This document shows positions 13,165 through 26,218 of a stretch of 64,000 nt of DNA, one piece after another; position 1 is the stretch's first letter; every line of letters starts with the position of its first letter. The notes beneath the pieces are model-generated. The model did no database searches, was not told the DNA's origin, and saw only the letters and a list, made by a program, of their open reading frames with translations. The translations under genes and the position numbers were made by a program. Source of the DNA: Chiloscyllium plagiosum (taxonomy: Eukaryota); NCBI RefSeq assembly GCF_004010195.1, contig NC_057719.1, forward strand, positions 32,556,537 to 32,620,536, in the 5' to 3' direction.

Positions 13165-13880
13165 GTTTAAAAGCAAAGTACTGTGAATGGTGAGATGGAG
13201 AATTAAAACAGAAAATGCTGGAGAAATTGAGCGGGTTTCGCCACATCTTTGGCAACTGAAACAAAATTAACACTGATTCCAATATACTGACCCTTCTTTG
13301 GAACACTTCCAAATCATTTGAAAGTGATTGGGTTGGGGAGAGGGGAGAGAGGACATGATAATTAAATGTAACAAGCTAACAGAAAGGGAAGAAATGCTTC
13401 ACAATTTGAAGGTGTCGAACTCAATATTAAGTCCAGAAGGCTGTAAAGTGCCTAGTCTGATGATGAGATGTTGTTCCTCCGGTTTGCACTGTGATTCACT
13501 GGAACACTGCAGATGCCGCGTATAGATTAGATTACTTACAGTGTGGAAACAGGCCCTTCAGCCCAACAAGTCCACACCCACCCGCCAAAGCACAACCCAC
13601 CCAGACCCGTTCCCCTACATTTACCCCTTCACCTAACACTACAGGCAATTTAGCATGGCCAATTCACCTGACCTGCACATTTTTGGACTGTGGGAGGAAA
13701 CCGGAGCACCCAGAGGAAACCCACGCAGACACGGGGAGAATGTGCAAACTCCACACAGACAGTCACCTGAGGCAGGAATTGAACCCGGGTCTCTAGCGCT
13801 GTGAGGCAGCAGTGCTAACCACTGTGCCACTGTGCTGCCCACTGCGGCATGTGGGCATGCGATCAGGATGCTGTGTTAAA
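13165..13880 (-). mobile_element. Degraded PLE 3' fragment, interrupted by HE1
   Basis: 13330-13510 is highly similar to 15230-15405 (GIY-YIG C-terminal region on minus strand); pLTR-like gaaaatgctggagaaattgagcggg. Confidence 0.65.
13523..13840 (-). mobile_element. HE1 SINE, full length
   Basis: Near-identical to the 8415-8734 copy; boxes A/B and tail present. Confidence 0.92.
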
Positions 13881-14829
13881 GCATTAACTTTGCTACTCCT
13901 TTTCTGCTCCTTCTGAGCCAATACATGAATTTTCTAGTTCAAAATTATCCACTAATAGATTGTGTCATCCAAACTGCAATTATCACATCCAACAAAGTTT
14001 GTGGTGTCTGTGCAACTGTGGGTGGATTCTCTGCTCGCCTGCTCCTCCCAGCTAACAGTTGATAGGGAGACTGCCCAATAAAAGGTGGTGGTCCTGCAGC
14101 CACGTTGTACTAGAAGCAATGTTCAGTTACTAAGACCGTGACTTCCACTCCATTTACAAAAGAAGACCTGCCTTCCAGAACTGCCAGCCAATCTAATTGA
14201 GTAGCAGCTCTGTAACAATTAGATTCAAATGCTGGCCATTGCTGGGATCACAGACAAAACTCAACTAAGTGGAGGTTACCTTCAAAGCAAGAGTCGAGAG
14301 TGCGGTGCTGGAAAAGCACAGCAGGTCAGGCAGCATTGAGGAGCAGGAGAATCCAATGCAAGTTGGGGCTGGCAGTGTGGCTTGGCTGACCCAAAGACTA
14401 GAATCAGCCCAAGACAAGAGGGGGAGCCCAATGGCTGACAACAGATTCTGAAACACCAGCAAACCCTCAAAGACTGAGGAACATCCTGTATAACTCTTAT
14501 TGAACAGACATTATCAGTACTTGCAGGCCAAAGGTTCTGCTGCAGTGGTAGGACCTGTGGATAGGGTGTAGCAAATATTCAAAAGCATGTGTCAAAAGCA
14601 GATAGGCTCAAATCTATAATACCTGTGTACTTAGAGCTATAAGGCTGTCTACTGAAAAGTCCTATGAAAGAGATGGTTGAGTTTGATGCAGTCTAATTAA
14701 AGTACAATGGTAGAGTCTGATAAATATTACATTGCCTTGTGTTCAATAAGGTTGTGTTGGAAATTCCCCTGACTCTTGTCCCCTTTGTCTTTCTCACTGC
14801 ATAACAAGCCTGAGTTAAAAAGGGTTACT

Positions 14830-15832
14830 GCGAACAGGTCAGACAGCATCCATGGAGAGAATGCAAGCTTATGTTTCACATCTAGATGACTCTTCATCAG
14901 AACTGAAGGGGAGTGTGGAGGGGGGCAGCATTGATACTGTAGTTTGGTGGGAGAGGTTGTCAGGGGATTGGTGTAGAGGTTGAATGCTGGTGGAAAAAAA
15001 TGTGATAGTTCAGATTAAGTGATCGGAATGGGAGAATGGTAGAACAGTGGTGTGTCTCCTGACAACCACCTGGTGAAGGAGCGGCGCTGTGAAAGCTAGT
15101 GCTTCCAATTAAACCTGTTGGACTATAAACTGGTGTTGCATAATTTTTAACTTTGTACACCCCAGTCCAACACCAGCATCTCCAAATTGTGTCTCCTGCC
15201 AGACTTAGAAAGGACAGACAGTCCTACTGGTGAGGGGGGAGAGAACATGATAACAGAATGTAACAAGCTAAAAGAAAGGGAAGAAATGATTCACAATTTG
15301 AAGGTGTTGAACTCAATATTGAGTTCAGAAGGGTGTAAAGTACCTAGTTTGAAGATGAGATGTTGTTCCTCCAGTTTGCACTGTGATTCACTGGAATACA
15401 GCAGCATGCCGTGGACAGACTTGTGGGTACACAAGTAGGACACTGTGTTAAAATGACCAACTGTGGGAAGATTAGGGTCCTGCTAATGCACAGGTCAGAG
15501 GTGTTCCTCAAAGTGGTCATTCAGTCTCCAATGTAGAGTAGACCACATTGGGTGGCAGTGGATACAATACACAAGTTTGGAGGAGGTACGGGTGAACTGC
15601 TGCTTCACCTGGAAAGACTGCTTCACCATGGAAAGGTCCTTGGATGGTGAGCAGGGAGGAATTGAAGGGGCAGTTTTGCACCTTCTGCTGTTTCATGGAA
15701 AGGTGCAGTGGAGAATGAGGCACAGTGTTGGTGTCTGTGGAATGGACTAGGATGTCCCAGACGGAATGAGTCCTGTGAAATGCAGACAGGGGGAATGAAG
15801 GGAAGATGTGTTTAGTAGTGGCATTCTGCATC
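14830..15832 (-). mobile_element. PLE 3' fragment (GIY-YIG region plus pLTR), degraded
   Basis: Minus translation ATTKHIFPSFPLSAFHRTHSVWDILVHS, then frameshifted GIY-YIG remnants; hammerhead-like ctgatgaagagtcatctagatgtgaaacata on minus strand ~14870-14900. Confidence 0.7.
15062..15187 (+). mobile_element. Single pLTR+tail insertion, PLE family B, nested in another PLE
   Basis: Matches the arms of 35482-35702; TSD tgtgtctcctg 15051-15061 / 15188-15198; hammerhead core degenerate (ctggtga). Confidence 0.8.
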
Positions 15833-15899
15833 CAAGGGCCAACTTTATTAACTTGATTGAATCTGTCCAGATCTGTCAAATTCGTTCAGGTCCCATATT

Positions 15900-17148
15900 C
15901 TGGAATTTTTGAGGATGTAACTCTGAAGATGGACAAGGGAGATTCAGTGGATGTAGTATACCTGGACTTTTAGACAGCCTTTGATAAAGTACCACATAGG
16001 AGGTTAGTGAGCAAACTTAGGGCACATGGTATTAGGGGCAAAATACTGACATGGATTGAAAATTGGTTGGCTGACAAGAAATTGATAAACGGCTCCCTTT
16101 CAGAATGGCAGGCAGTGACCAGTGGTGTGCCGCAGGGATCAGTGCTGGGACCGCAGCTTTTTACAATGTACATTAATGATACAGATGAAGGTACTAAAAG
16201 TAATATTAGCAAATTTACTGATGACACAAAGCTGTGGCAGAGTGAAATGTGAGGAGGATGTTAGGAGAATACAGGGTGACCTGGACAGGCTAGGTGAGTG
16301 GACAGATGCATGGCAGATGCAGTTTAATTTGGATAAATGTGTGGTTATCCACTTTTGGTGGCAAGAACGGGAAAGCAGATTACTACCTAAATGGAGTCGT
16401 TAGGTAAAGGGGCAGTACAATGAGATCTAGGTGTTCTTGTACATCAGTCAATGAAAGCAAGCATGCAGGTACAGCAGGCAGTGAAGAAAGCTAATAGCAT
16501 GCTGGCCTTCATAACAAGAGGAATTGAGTATAGAAGCAAAGAGGTCCTTCTGCAGCTGTACAGAGCCCTGGTGAGACTGCACCTGGAATATTGTGTGCAG
16601 ATTTGGTCTCCAAATTTGAGGAAAGACATTCTGGCTATTGAGGGAGTGCAGCGTAGGTTCACGAGGTCAATTCCCGGAATGGTGGGACTATCTTACGCTG
16701 AAAGATTGGAGCGACTGGGCTTGTATACACTTGAGTTTAGAAGGCTGACAGGGGATCTTATTGAGACGGATAGGATTTTTAAAGGATTGGATACTCTGGA
16801 GGCAGGAAGCATGTTTCCGCTGATGGGTGAGTCCCGAACCAGAGGACACAGTTTAAAAATAAGGGGTAGGCCACTTAGAACACAGTTGAGGAGAAACCTC
16901 TTCACCCATACAGTGGTGGGTGTGTGGAATGCTCTGCCCCAGAAGGCTGTGGAGGCCAAGTCTCTGGATACTTTCAAGAAAGAGTTGGATAGAGCTCTTC
17001 AGGATAGTGGAATCAAGGGTTATGGGGATAAGGTAGGAATACGATACTGATTGGGGATGATCAGCCATGATCATAATGAATGGTGGTGCTGGCTCAAAAG
17101 GCAGAATTGCTTACTCCTGCACCTATTGCCTATTGTCTATTGTCTATA
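15900..17148 (+). mobile_element. 5'-truncated CR1 LINE (RT C-terminal half)
   Basis: [37 protein letters not shown] motifs with frameshifts; tail ctattgcctattgtctattgtctat. Confidence 0.92.
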
Positions 17149-17452
17149 TACGAACCATTCAGATCCCAGACCTCTGCCCCCAGTCTGTTACAAAGTTGAG
17201 TTAAAGATGCTATGTACCGGTCACTAATATTTCACACGTACTGTTCATAGATGTAATGTCCACTTGGAGTTCAAAGCACATCTTCAAACCTTTTAAAATT
17301 CCTGCTGTATATCTTTCTGCTTTTCAGCGAGATCTAGGATGGAATATGCTTTGTAAAACAGATTCTATCTAACAGTAATAAAGATATTGTGACTTCTAGT
17401 TGTTATGGTTTGCTCAGCAAGGCTGTTTCATAATTTTGCCAGTCCAGGCTTG

Positions 17453-18378
17453 GAGTCATAGAGATGTACAGCATGGAAACAGATCCTTCGGTCCACCTTG
17501 TTCATGCCGACCAGATATCCCAACCCAATCTAGTCCCACCTGCCAGCACCTGGCCCTTAACCTTCCAAACCCTTCCTATTCATACACCAGATGCCTTTTA
17601 AATGTTGCAATTGTACCAGCCTCTACCACTTCCTCTGGCAGCTCATTCCATACACGTACCACCTTCTGTGAAAAAGTTGCCCCTTAAATCTCTTTTACAT
17701 CTTTCCCCTCTCACCCTAAACTTATGCCCTGTTGTTCTGGACTCCCCCACACCAGGGAATAGACCTTGCCTATTTATCCTATCTATGCCCCTCATGATTT
17801 TATAGATCTCTACAAGGTCACCCCTCAGCCTCCAACGCTCCGGGGAAAAGACCCTAGTCTATTCAACCTCTCCCTTTAGCTCAAATCCTCCAACCCTGGC
17901 AACATCCTTGTAAATCTTTTCTGAACCGTTTCAAGTTTTACAACATCTTTACGATAGAAAGGAGACCAGAAATGCATGCAATATTCCAACAGTGGCCTAA
18001 CCGATGTCCTGTACAGCTGCAACATGACCTCCCAACTCCCGTACTCAATACTCTGACCAATAAAGGAAAGCATACCAAATGCCGTCTTCACTAACCTATC
18101 TATCTGCAACTCCACTTTCAAGGAGCTATGAACCTGCACTCCAAGGCCTCTTTGTTCAGCAACATTCCCTCGGACCTTACCATTAAGTGTATAAGTCCTG
18201 CTAAGATTTGATTTACCAAAATGCAGCACCTCACATTTATCTAAATTAAACATTATCTGCCAGTTCTCAGCCCATTGGCCCATCTGATTAAGATCCCATT
18301 GTAATCTGAGGTAACCTTCTTTGCTGTCCATTACACCTCTATTTTTGGTATCATCTGCAAACTTACTAACTATACCTC
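17453..18378 (-). mobile_element. 5'-truncated CR1/HER1 LINE
   Basis: ORF 17876-18331 (FNLDKCEVLHFG, VRPLLEYC); 3' UTR ending ctctatgactc. Confidence 0.92.
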
Positions 18379-18634
18379 ACATCCTTGTTTTATAACCCTT
18401 ATCATATTGCATAACTCAACTCACAGAAACCTTTGAATTTACAAAATTATAAGATTAGTTAATCAAAAATATAATTGTCTTAGGCGAATGAGACCATTTT
18501 GTGTCAATATAATTTTGAAAGGAAGGAGCTCTGACCCCAAAGAAGTTTATAAACATATGCAGATGCGTGAGCACAAACATGGAAGAACAGCAGTGTTTGT
18601 CCACAAGTAGCTCAGAGCTATTCACTGTGTTCTT

Positions 18635-19270
18635 CCCATCCAAGATGACGGTGGAGTAGGACTCGAGTGCCAGAGTTCATCTGCAGCAACTGCTTTTCTT
18701 TTTCTTTTTTGCTCCCATCTCTTTTTCTTCACTTACTCACATTGTCCTGAGCTTGGATGGCATCAGCAGTGAGAGCCCAGTACTTGGACTTCGAGTAGGC
18801 CCAACACAGAGTGAGTCAGCCCCTACTTATTTTTCTGGAGTAAGAATAGGACCTGGGAATTGGCAGCTGCTACATTGCCAGAAGCAACAACAGCGAGATA
18901 GACCTAGCCGCAAAAGATGGGCCTGAGGATTGATGACTTTGTTGTTGGTTGGGCCCAGCGCTGGTGGTGGTGGAAAGACAGCATGGTAACATTGATGAGG
19001 TGGGCCCACTGGTGAGAGACATGACTCTGGTGTAGGTTGGTCCAGCGCAGAAGGCGGTGAGGCATTGGCGGAGGATGGCAGCACAGGTGTCGTTGATTGT
19101 AACGAGCTGGTTCAGGGTTGATGGACTCTCTCAAGCTATATCTTTTTTTTCCTTATTCTGACATCATTAAAAACAGAACTGTTTCAGGGTGATAAATGAA
19201 AGCTTTTCATTTTGTATTATTATATTCTTACTGTAAAATACAAATGATAATAAAATCAAAATCGAAATTA
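18635..19270 (+). repeat. Unclassified non-autonomous retroelement-like repeat
   Basis: Starts caagatgacgg, GC-rich interior, ends aataaaatcaaaatcgaaatt like a LINE tail; similar architecture at ~56400-57380. Confidence 0.35.
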
Positions 19271-19939
19271 AAAAATACCATTTCTACAGAAATTGACAGG
19301 GGAACCATTTTCTCTTAGTCAGTGTTATAACTGTGGCTTGTTTCTTTGTTCTTATATTATTTTAGTTTGATTTAGTGACCTCCAACCTCAGTTTCATTTC
19401 TGACACCGCAATGTGAGTGTACAACATGGCAGTGTGTTTGATGTGAGGTCTTAAATGAACTGAGTCTTAATCTGTCTGCAGTGTGTATATGGCATTAATG
19501 CATGATTGCATTTCAATCCAAACTATGCTTCTATTTATAACACCCAGGATGCCTTTTTAATCACTTTATTCTACAAATATTCTATGATTCATGTAGATAT
19601 ACCCCAGGTCTCTTTGCTCTACTGCTCCTTTTTGAATTATATCCTTTATATCGTAATGCCCTTCCCAGTTATTCCTAACAAAATGTATCAAGCAATTCTT
19701 TAAACTGTGCCCTGCACTCTCAAGTCAAGGTCATTAATATATATCCAAAAAAACAGTGGTGCTGGAATGGACCCCTGTGAACCCCAGTGTATACTTTCCT
19801 TCAGTCAGAAGAGTAAAGAATTACTATACTCTCTGTTCCCTGTCATTCAGCCAACTTTGCATCCATGCTATTGTCCATGGTCAATTGGATATATTCTCAC
19901 AATGTACTGCACAGGTCCACAACACAATGGGGTTCTTAA

Positions 19940-20270
19940 GAGGGGAGGTGCCGGCCTGGTGCGTATTGTTGCTGGACTGTTAATCCAGCGACCTAGTTAA
20001 TGTCCTGGGAATGAAGGTTTAAATTCTGCCACGGCAAGTGGTGGAATTTGAATTCAATAAAAATCTGGAATTACGAGTCTAATGATGACCCCAAATCCAT
20101 TGCCAATTGTCAGGAAAAACCCATCTGGTTCACTAATGTCCTTTAGGAAAGGAAACTGTCATCTCACATGTAACTCATAGCAATGTGGTTGACTCTTAAC
20201 TGCCTGCTGAGCAACAAATACTGACCCAGCTGGTGATACTTTCATTCTGTAAATAAATTTTTAAAAATCT
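19940..20270 (+). mobile_element. tRNA-headed SINE sharing its head with 7010-7320 and its tail with LINE 38815-39935
   Basis: ggaggtg...ggtttaaattctgccacggc head, catctggttcactaatgtcctttaggaaaggaaa core, gcaacaaatactgacc...aaataaatttt tail; related copies ~33420-33590 and ~36585-36930. Confidence 0.65.
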
Positions 20271-22699
20271 GAGCTCATGGGCTGTGTGTGGTCCTGATGA
20301 AGCTTCCAGGTTCGGTCCAGTCTCTAAAGGGCTGTGATAATGTGGCTATATTTTTGCGCAAGGTCACTTTAGGATCTTTACCATGTTTTCTTTATAGTTC
20401 TGATTGAGAGATCAAGGGTTAAATCCACATATCCTTCCTGCTGTACAGAGATAAATGCTAAAGCACTGTAATGTTGGCTCTCACTTGTAGCACAGTTCCT
20501 ACTAACAGAGCAGGATTGCCAAACTTAAAAAAAAAGCTATATTTCATTAACAAAGTATAAAATAGAGATGAGAAACAGAATTCTCTGTTAGTCCTGGTAT
20601 GGCTGATTGATATGGAAATGAGTCAGGATGTTGGAGCTTGGTTCTCAATGCTTATTAAATTGTACATGGTCAATGCATTAACAGTGCCTCAGGAACTCGA
20701 TGGCCCCCGAGTACTGGGTCAGTAACATTTTAAGCAATAGTTTGCATAATTTTATTTTTAATTATGGATGATTGACAGTTATAATTCTGGTTGCTTTTGA
20801 CCTGTTTAAATATTGAGCAATTTTTTTTCATAAGATCAGAATTTTAACCAGAACTGAACCTATTACAAACCTCTCTTTGTGCTGAATTTTCTGTAGGGCG
20901 GGACATCTGCTATCTCCCCTTATTTCCTCCAGCCCAGAATCAGCTTATTGGATTAGACCTATTATGTATACACGAAAGCACCCGCCAGAATTTCCACTCT
21001 CGTGTTGGATATGACCAGCACACAGGAAATGTGGCATGGCAACATAAAGGGTCAGAATCAACTCAATGATTGGATATGTGTTGAAGCTGCAGGGCTCAGC
21101 CATGACCAACCTTCTGCCATGTACAGTCCTGGGGACAAGTGTTCCATTGAACAACCAGAGGATTAGACCCAAGGCTGGTAAGGGTGGAGATGTTGGCTAC
21201 TGAGAGCCAACCCCTGCCCTTGCTTTCAACCCGCTGCCTTTCTTCTCCTCCAACCACAACCCCAGAGCACCTTCACTCTGACCCAGCTCCCAAGAGGCAT
21301 TTACCTGGATCTTGTCATCTTGGTTGGCATTCCGGAAGTAACCAAGGCCTTCTGGGTCGTTTCACTTAGGGAAAAGTAGAAACGATGCAGTGAGATACTC
21401 TCAATGCAGTCAAAGGCTTCACCAGAGTTCTCATCCAATTCTGCCTCAAATTTCATCCATGTCGCATAGACTCCTTTAAGGTTCCACCTAATGAATCACT
21501 TCTGCTAAAGCAGAAAACCTACTAAATTATGTCAGCAAATTTATTAATTATTGTGGCTATCACAGTGCTTATGCTTGGCCCTGTTTTAGTCTGAGAGAAA
21601 CAATGCTAATTTACATCTAATTTTTAGTTGGTTACAAAATTTAAACAAAAAATTAGACATTAGAGACTGATCAACCCTTAAAATCCCTTCACTCACCCAA
21701 ATCGTGTCCCATACAATGTTCTTCATACGCAAATTGCCTTTCTGATATGAGCACAATATTGGAGAACATTCCCAAACTGAGAGATTTCTCCTTACGTCAA
21801 ATGTGAAAATGTATGTTCAAAATTTCCTTGGATCAGTTCCCATTCGACAAACTGGACTTCTCCAGAAGTGGGGCTAACAGAAAAACCATTTATTTATACA
21901 ACGTATTCTCATGCTTCAGTGTTTCAAGATATATCACTTTCATTTTGGAAGACATTGATCCACACACAGATCTAAAGAATAAACACTTCATCAGAAATAT
22001 GAGTTTAAAGGAGCAGCCTAAGGGAAACACAATAGAGAGGAGAAATGATTTAAGGATGTTCGAGAATTTAACACCAGTGCAGCAGAATGCACAGCTGTCA
22101 GTGATAGAACAATGGAGGTTGTCGTGACACGAGGTCAGAACTGGAGCAGGAGAAGCAACTACTATTTACACACATGAGATTAAAAAATTAGATCACATGG
22201 CTTGGTGCATATAATCTTATACTTTCTGGTAATCAGTACAGGAAACCACTCAGAACACCGGATGATTTGTTTTAAGAAATCCCTATTAGGTAGCATCCAG
22301 TTCTGTTCCAGAGATTTGATTCAGTTTTTAAAAAAAAGTTTCATCTGCAAAGTAACTTTTGGAAGGTAACCTTTGAAAGTAAAAATAATGGGCAATGGGA
22401 AATTGTAAACATTATTTTATGAATAGATTGAGGCATAAATAGGAAATTAAAGAATCTTACTCCAAGCATAGTTTTTTTTAGAAAGAACAACTTCGCTACT
22501 ACTTTGTATCGATGTCAGCTTGTATAGTTGTTTGTACCTTAATCTATGACACGAATATTAATATGAAACAAGAATCTTTTTTAAAAATAGTGACAATGTG
22601 CATTAATGCATGAATTGAATTTTGTCAACTGAATAAAGCTGTGAATGTGGAACCACAATTCAATTAAAAAGAAAATTGGGCATTCAAGCCCTACATGAG

Positions 22700-24645
22700 C
22701 TAATGATGGACAAGTCTCCTACCCCTGATGGAATGCATCCCGGGTACTAACAGAGATGGTGGGAGAAACAGCAAATGCACTTGTAGTAATTTTCCAAAAT
22801 TTGCTAGATTCTGGGGCAGTTCCAGCAGATTGGAAAACAGCAAATGTGTCGCCACTGTTTAAAAAAAAAGGTAGACAAGAGGTAGGGAATTATAGATCAG
22901 TTAGCTTAACTTCTGTAGTGGGGAAGATGCTTGAGTCTATTATCAAGGAAGAAATAGCAAGACATCGAGACAGAAATTGTCCCAGTGGGCAGATGCAGCA
23001 TGGGTTCATGAAGGGCAGGCCATGTTTAACTAATCTTTTGGAATTCTACAAAGACATTACGAGCAGAGTGGACAACGGGGACCCAGTAGATGTGGTAGGT
23101 TGAGGCATAAATAGGAAATTAAAAAAATCATACTCCAAGCATAATTTTGTTCAGAAAGAACAATGTCACTTCTACTTGGCATTGTTCCAAAAGGCCTTCG
23201 ACAAGATGCCACACAAGAGGCTGCTGTGTTTGACAAAGATGCATGGCATTATGGGTTAAGTATTAGTATGGTTGGCTAACAGGAAGCAAAGAATGGGGAT
23301 AAATGAGTGTTATTCTGTTTGGCGATTGGTAACTAGGGTGTGTCTCAGGGATCAGTGATGGGACTGCAATTATTCACAATTTACATAGAAGTTTTGGAGT
23401 TGGGCGGCACGGTGGCACAGTGGTTAGCACTGTTGCCATACAGCGCCAGAGACCCGGGTTCAATTCCCGCCTCAGGCGACTGACTGTGTGGAGTTTGCAC
23501 GTTCTCCCCGTGTCTGCGTGGGTTTCCTCCGGGTGCTCCAGTTTCCTCCCACAGTCCAAAGATGTGCAGGTAAGATGAATTGGCCATGCTAAATCGCCTG
23601 TAGTGTTAGGTAAGGGGTAAATGTAGGGGTATGGGTGGGTTGCGCTTCGGCGGGTGGGTGTGGACTTGTTGGGCCGAAGGGCCTGTTTCCACACTGTAAT
23701 GTAATCATGTAGTGGGTCAAAGTTTGCAGATGATATTAAGATGAGTGGCAGAGAAAAGTGTGCAGAGGATTGTGAAACTTTGCAAAGGGACATAGATACT
23801 TTAAGTGATTGGGCAAAGGTCTTGTTGGTGGAATACAATGTTAATAAATGTGATGTCATCCATTTTGGTAGGAGTAACAGTAAAAAGGATTTTTACTTGA
23901 ATGATTGAAAGTTGCAGCATGCTGCTATGCAGAGGGACATTGTGCGTGAATCACAGAAAGTTGGTCTGCAGGTGCAACAGGTACTTAGGAAGGCAAATGG
24001 AATTTTGTCCTTCATTGTTAAAGAGATTGAGATTAAAAACAGGGAGGTTATGTTGCAGCTGCATAGGATACTAGTGAGGCCACACCTGGAGTACTGCGTG
24101 CAGTTTTGGTCTCCTTACTTGAGAAAAGATATACTGGCACTGGAGGGGTGCAGAGGGGGTTCACTAGGTTGATTCCGGAGTTGAGGGGGTTGCCTAAAGA
24201 GGCGAGACTGAGTAGACTGGGATTATATTCATTGGAATTCAGAATAATGAGGGGGGATCTTATGGAAACATATAAAATTATGGAGGGATTGGATAAGACA
24301 GACGTAGAGAGAATGTTTCCACTGGCGAGTGAAACTAGAACAAAAGGGCATAGCCTCAAAATTAGGGGGAGCAGATTTAGGACTGAATTGAGAAGGAACT
24401 TCTTCACTCAGAGGGTTGTGAATCTGTGTAATTCCCTGCCCAGTGAAGTAGTTGACGCCAATTCAGTAAATGGTTTTCAAGGTAAGATCTTTTTTTTTAT
24501 ATATAAATGAAGGAGTTCAGGATTACGTTGAGAGGGAGGGTAAGTGGAGCTGAGGCCACAAAAAGATCAGCCATGGTCTTATTGAACAGCGGAGCAGGCT
24601 TGAGGCTCAGAGGGTCTACTGCTCCTGTTTCTTATGATCTTATGT
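22700..24645 (+). mobile_element. 5'-truncated CR1 LINE with nested HE1 and a copied host segment
   Basis: ORFs 22756-23103 (PLFKKKG...NYRSVSLTS, QHGF), 23912-24172, 24106-24510; tail tcttatgatcttatg. Confidence 0.92.
23402..23706 (+). mobile_element. HE1 SINE, full length, nested in CR1
   Basis: gggcggcacggtggcacagtggttagc...gggttcaattccc...cctgtttccacactgtaatgtaatc. Confidence 0.93.
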
Positions 24646-25636
24646 GAGGATATTAAACCACCCCTCACTAGCTTGAAAGCCAGTGCTCCTTTAGATAGGA
24701 GTCAAAATGAGGAACTATCTACCATACTTTCAGAGACATTTTACTAAATTAATATTGTTTTCAACAATAGATATAAAGCAGAATTGTATGTTTTTTAGAA
24801 GTAACTATTTTTCAGCACTATCTGACCTTTAAATGCAAAAACCAAACTTACGAAAGAATAGCTGATCTATGCTGCTCTAACTGCATCGCTGCAGAAACAC
24901 TTTCTCACACACAGATCCAAACCAAGTGAGTGATGATGAAGCCCATTGCACAATTATATTGGCACGTTCTTCCCTTTTCCTAGACTACAGCAAGCATGTG
25001 GACTTTTCCCTTCTGTGCAGCTTTGCTGTGATCTTTCTAATCTACCTCTCCCAGCAAGTCAAATTGCTCAGAAAGAAATATGTGCTCACCACTCTTACCA
25101 AATTGCTTTTCAAATTGACTGTATAACATATTAAACTGCCTCTGCAAGATTCCTCCTGTACCTCATTCCATATTCATCTTGGTTTGATACTTTGCTGCTT
25201 GACATAAACATTACAATCGTAAAAAGGATCGGTGGAACAATAATATGGATTCTTCTTTTGAAGTCAAGGCTATATATCGATAAACTGCTTTGGGAGTAAA
25301 ATGTGACACATCTGATCTCTAACTTCATGCTTACCGAAACACTACAAGTCATGCAATTAATAAATCATATCACATGAAACATGAAATGATTCACGGTAGT
25401 TTAAGATACAAGGAACACATGCCATCATATCACAGCACCTTCCTTATTTTCAAACTAGAGGTTTACTTTTAAGGAATCAAACTATTTAATAGACTCCAAG
25501 GAAAATAATATTGCCTCTGAATAAACTATTTACACACAGCAATAAGCTTACAAGGATCTGAAATGTAAAGGTAGCACAGTCATGGTGATTTTTGTGGTAG
25601 GCTGATGTGTATTTTCAGAATGCCAGCTTAGCTCAC

Positions 25637-25754
25637 CTTGTGGGTCATGCTAGTCTGCAAATACCTGATCCTGTCTGATCTCAGAAACTAAGCAGATTCA
25701 GGCCTGGTTAATCTTGGATGGGAGACTGACTTGGAATACAAGGTGCAGTAGGCT
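25637..25754 (+). pseudogene. 5S rRNA-derived sequence (pseudogene or SINE3 head)
   Basis: Colinear over ~118 nt with 5S rRNA: tctgatctcagaaactaagcag...ggcctggtta.tcttggatgggagact...ggaatacaaggtgcagtaggct; many substitutions, no oligo-T terminator. Confidence 0.88.
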
Positions 25755-25760
25755 AAGTGC

Positions 25761-25972
25761 CCTCTTGTGGCACAATGGTAATGTCCTTACACTTAGATTG
25801 AGAGGCCCAGGTTCAAATCACACCTACTCCTGATGTGTGCAGTAACATGACTGATTAGGAACAATATGTTAAATTCAAAGCAAAAAAAAGGCTTCTCTAT
25901 CTCTGAGCCTTGGTTCATGTCCCACCTGTTCTGGAGGTGTGTAATAATATCTGTGAATGGGTTGGTTAGGAA
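25761..25972 (+). mobile_element. Two tandem degraded tRNA-like SINE modules directly following the 5S copy
   Basis: gtggcacaatggtaatgtcc...ccaggttcaaatcacacctactcc then an A-run (~25882-25888); second copy ggttcatgtcccacctgttctggaggtgtgtaataa. Confidence 0.55.
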
Positions 25973-26011
25973 CTTAGTTTAGGTTTAACCTTGTTTATGT
26001 TGTATTTCAGG

Positions 26012-26218
26012 AGAAAGTGAGGTCTGCAGATGCTGGAGATCAGAGCTGAAAATGTGTTGCTGGAAAAGCGCAGCAGGTCAGGCAGCATCCAGGGACAGGA
26101 GAATCGACGTTTCGGGCATAAGCCCTTCCTGAAGAAGGGCTTATGCCCGAAACGTCGATTCTCCTGTTCCCTGGATGCTGCCTGACCTGCTGCGCTTTTC
26201 CAGCAACACATTTTCAGC
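26012..26218. mobile_element. Hairpin mini-PLE, family A, young
   Basis: Near-perfect ~85-bp inverted arms around 26130; perfect 16-bp TSD tatgttgtatttcagg 25996-26011 / 26219-26234. Confidence 0.9.
26125..26160 (+). ncRNA. Minimal hammerhead ribozyme motif
   Basis: CTGAAGA 26129-26135, A, GGGC-TTAT-GCCC, GAAA 26149-26152, CG, TC. Confidence 0.65.

Noticed and set aside
23402..23475. tRNA genes at HE1 5' ends
   Set aside because: They continue into the SINE core and tail and recur in about 10 dispersed copies; they are SINE heads.
24926..25126. Possible exon after ttcccttttcctag (DYSKHVDFSLLCSFAVIFLIYLSQQ)
   Set aside because: No good donor site, runs to a stop, and the peptide is not recognised.
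25637..25754. Functional 5S rRNA gene
   Set aside because: Single copy, many substitutions including the internal control region, no oligo-T terminator.
25966..26211. Hairpin inserts as DNA-transposon MITEs or miRNA genes
   Set aside because: Arms are asymmetric, match PLE 3' ends seen attached to GIY-YIG coding sequence elsewhere in the window, and have variable 10-16 bp TSDs.
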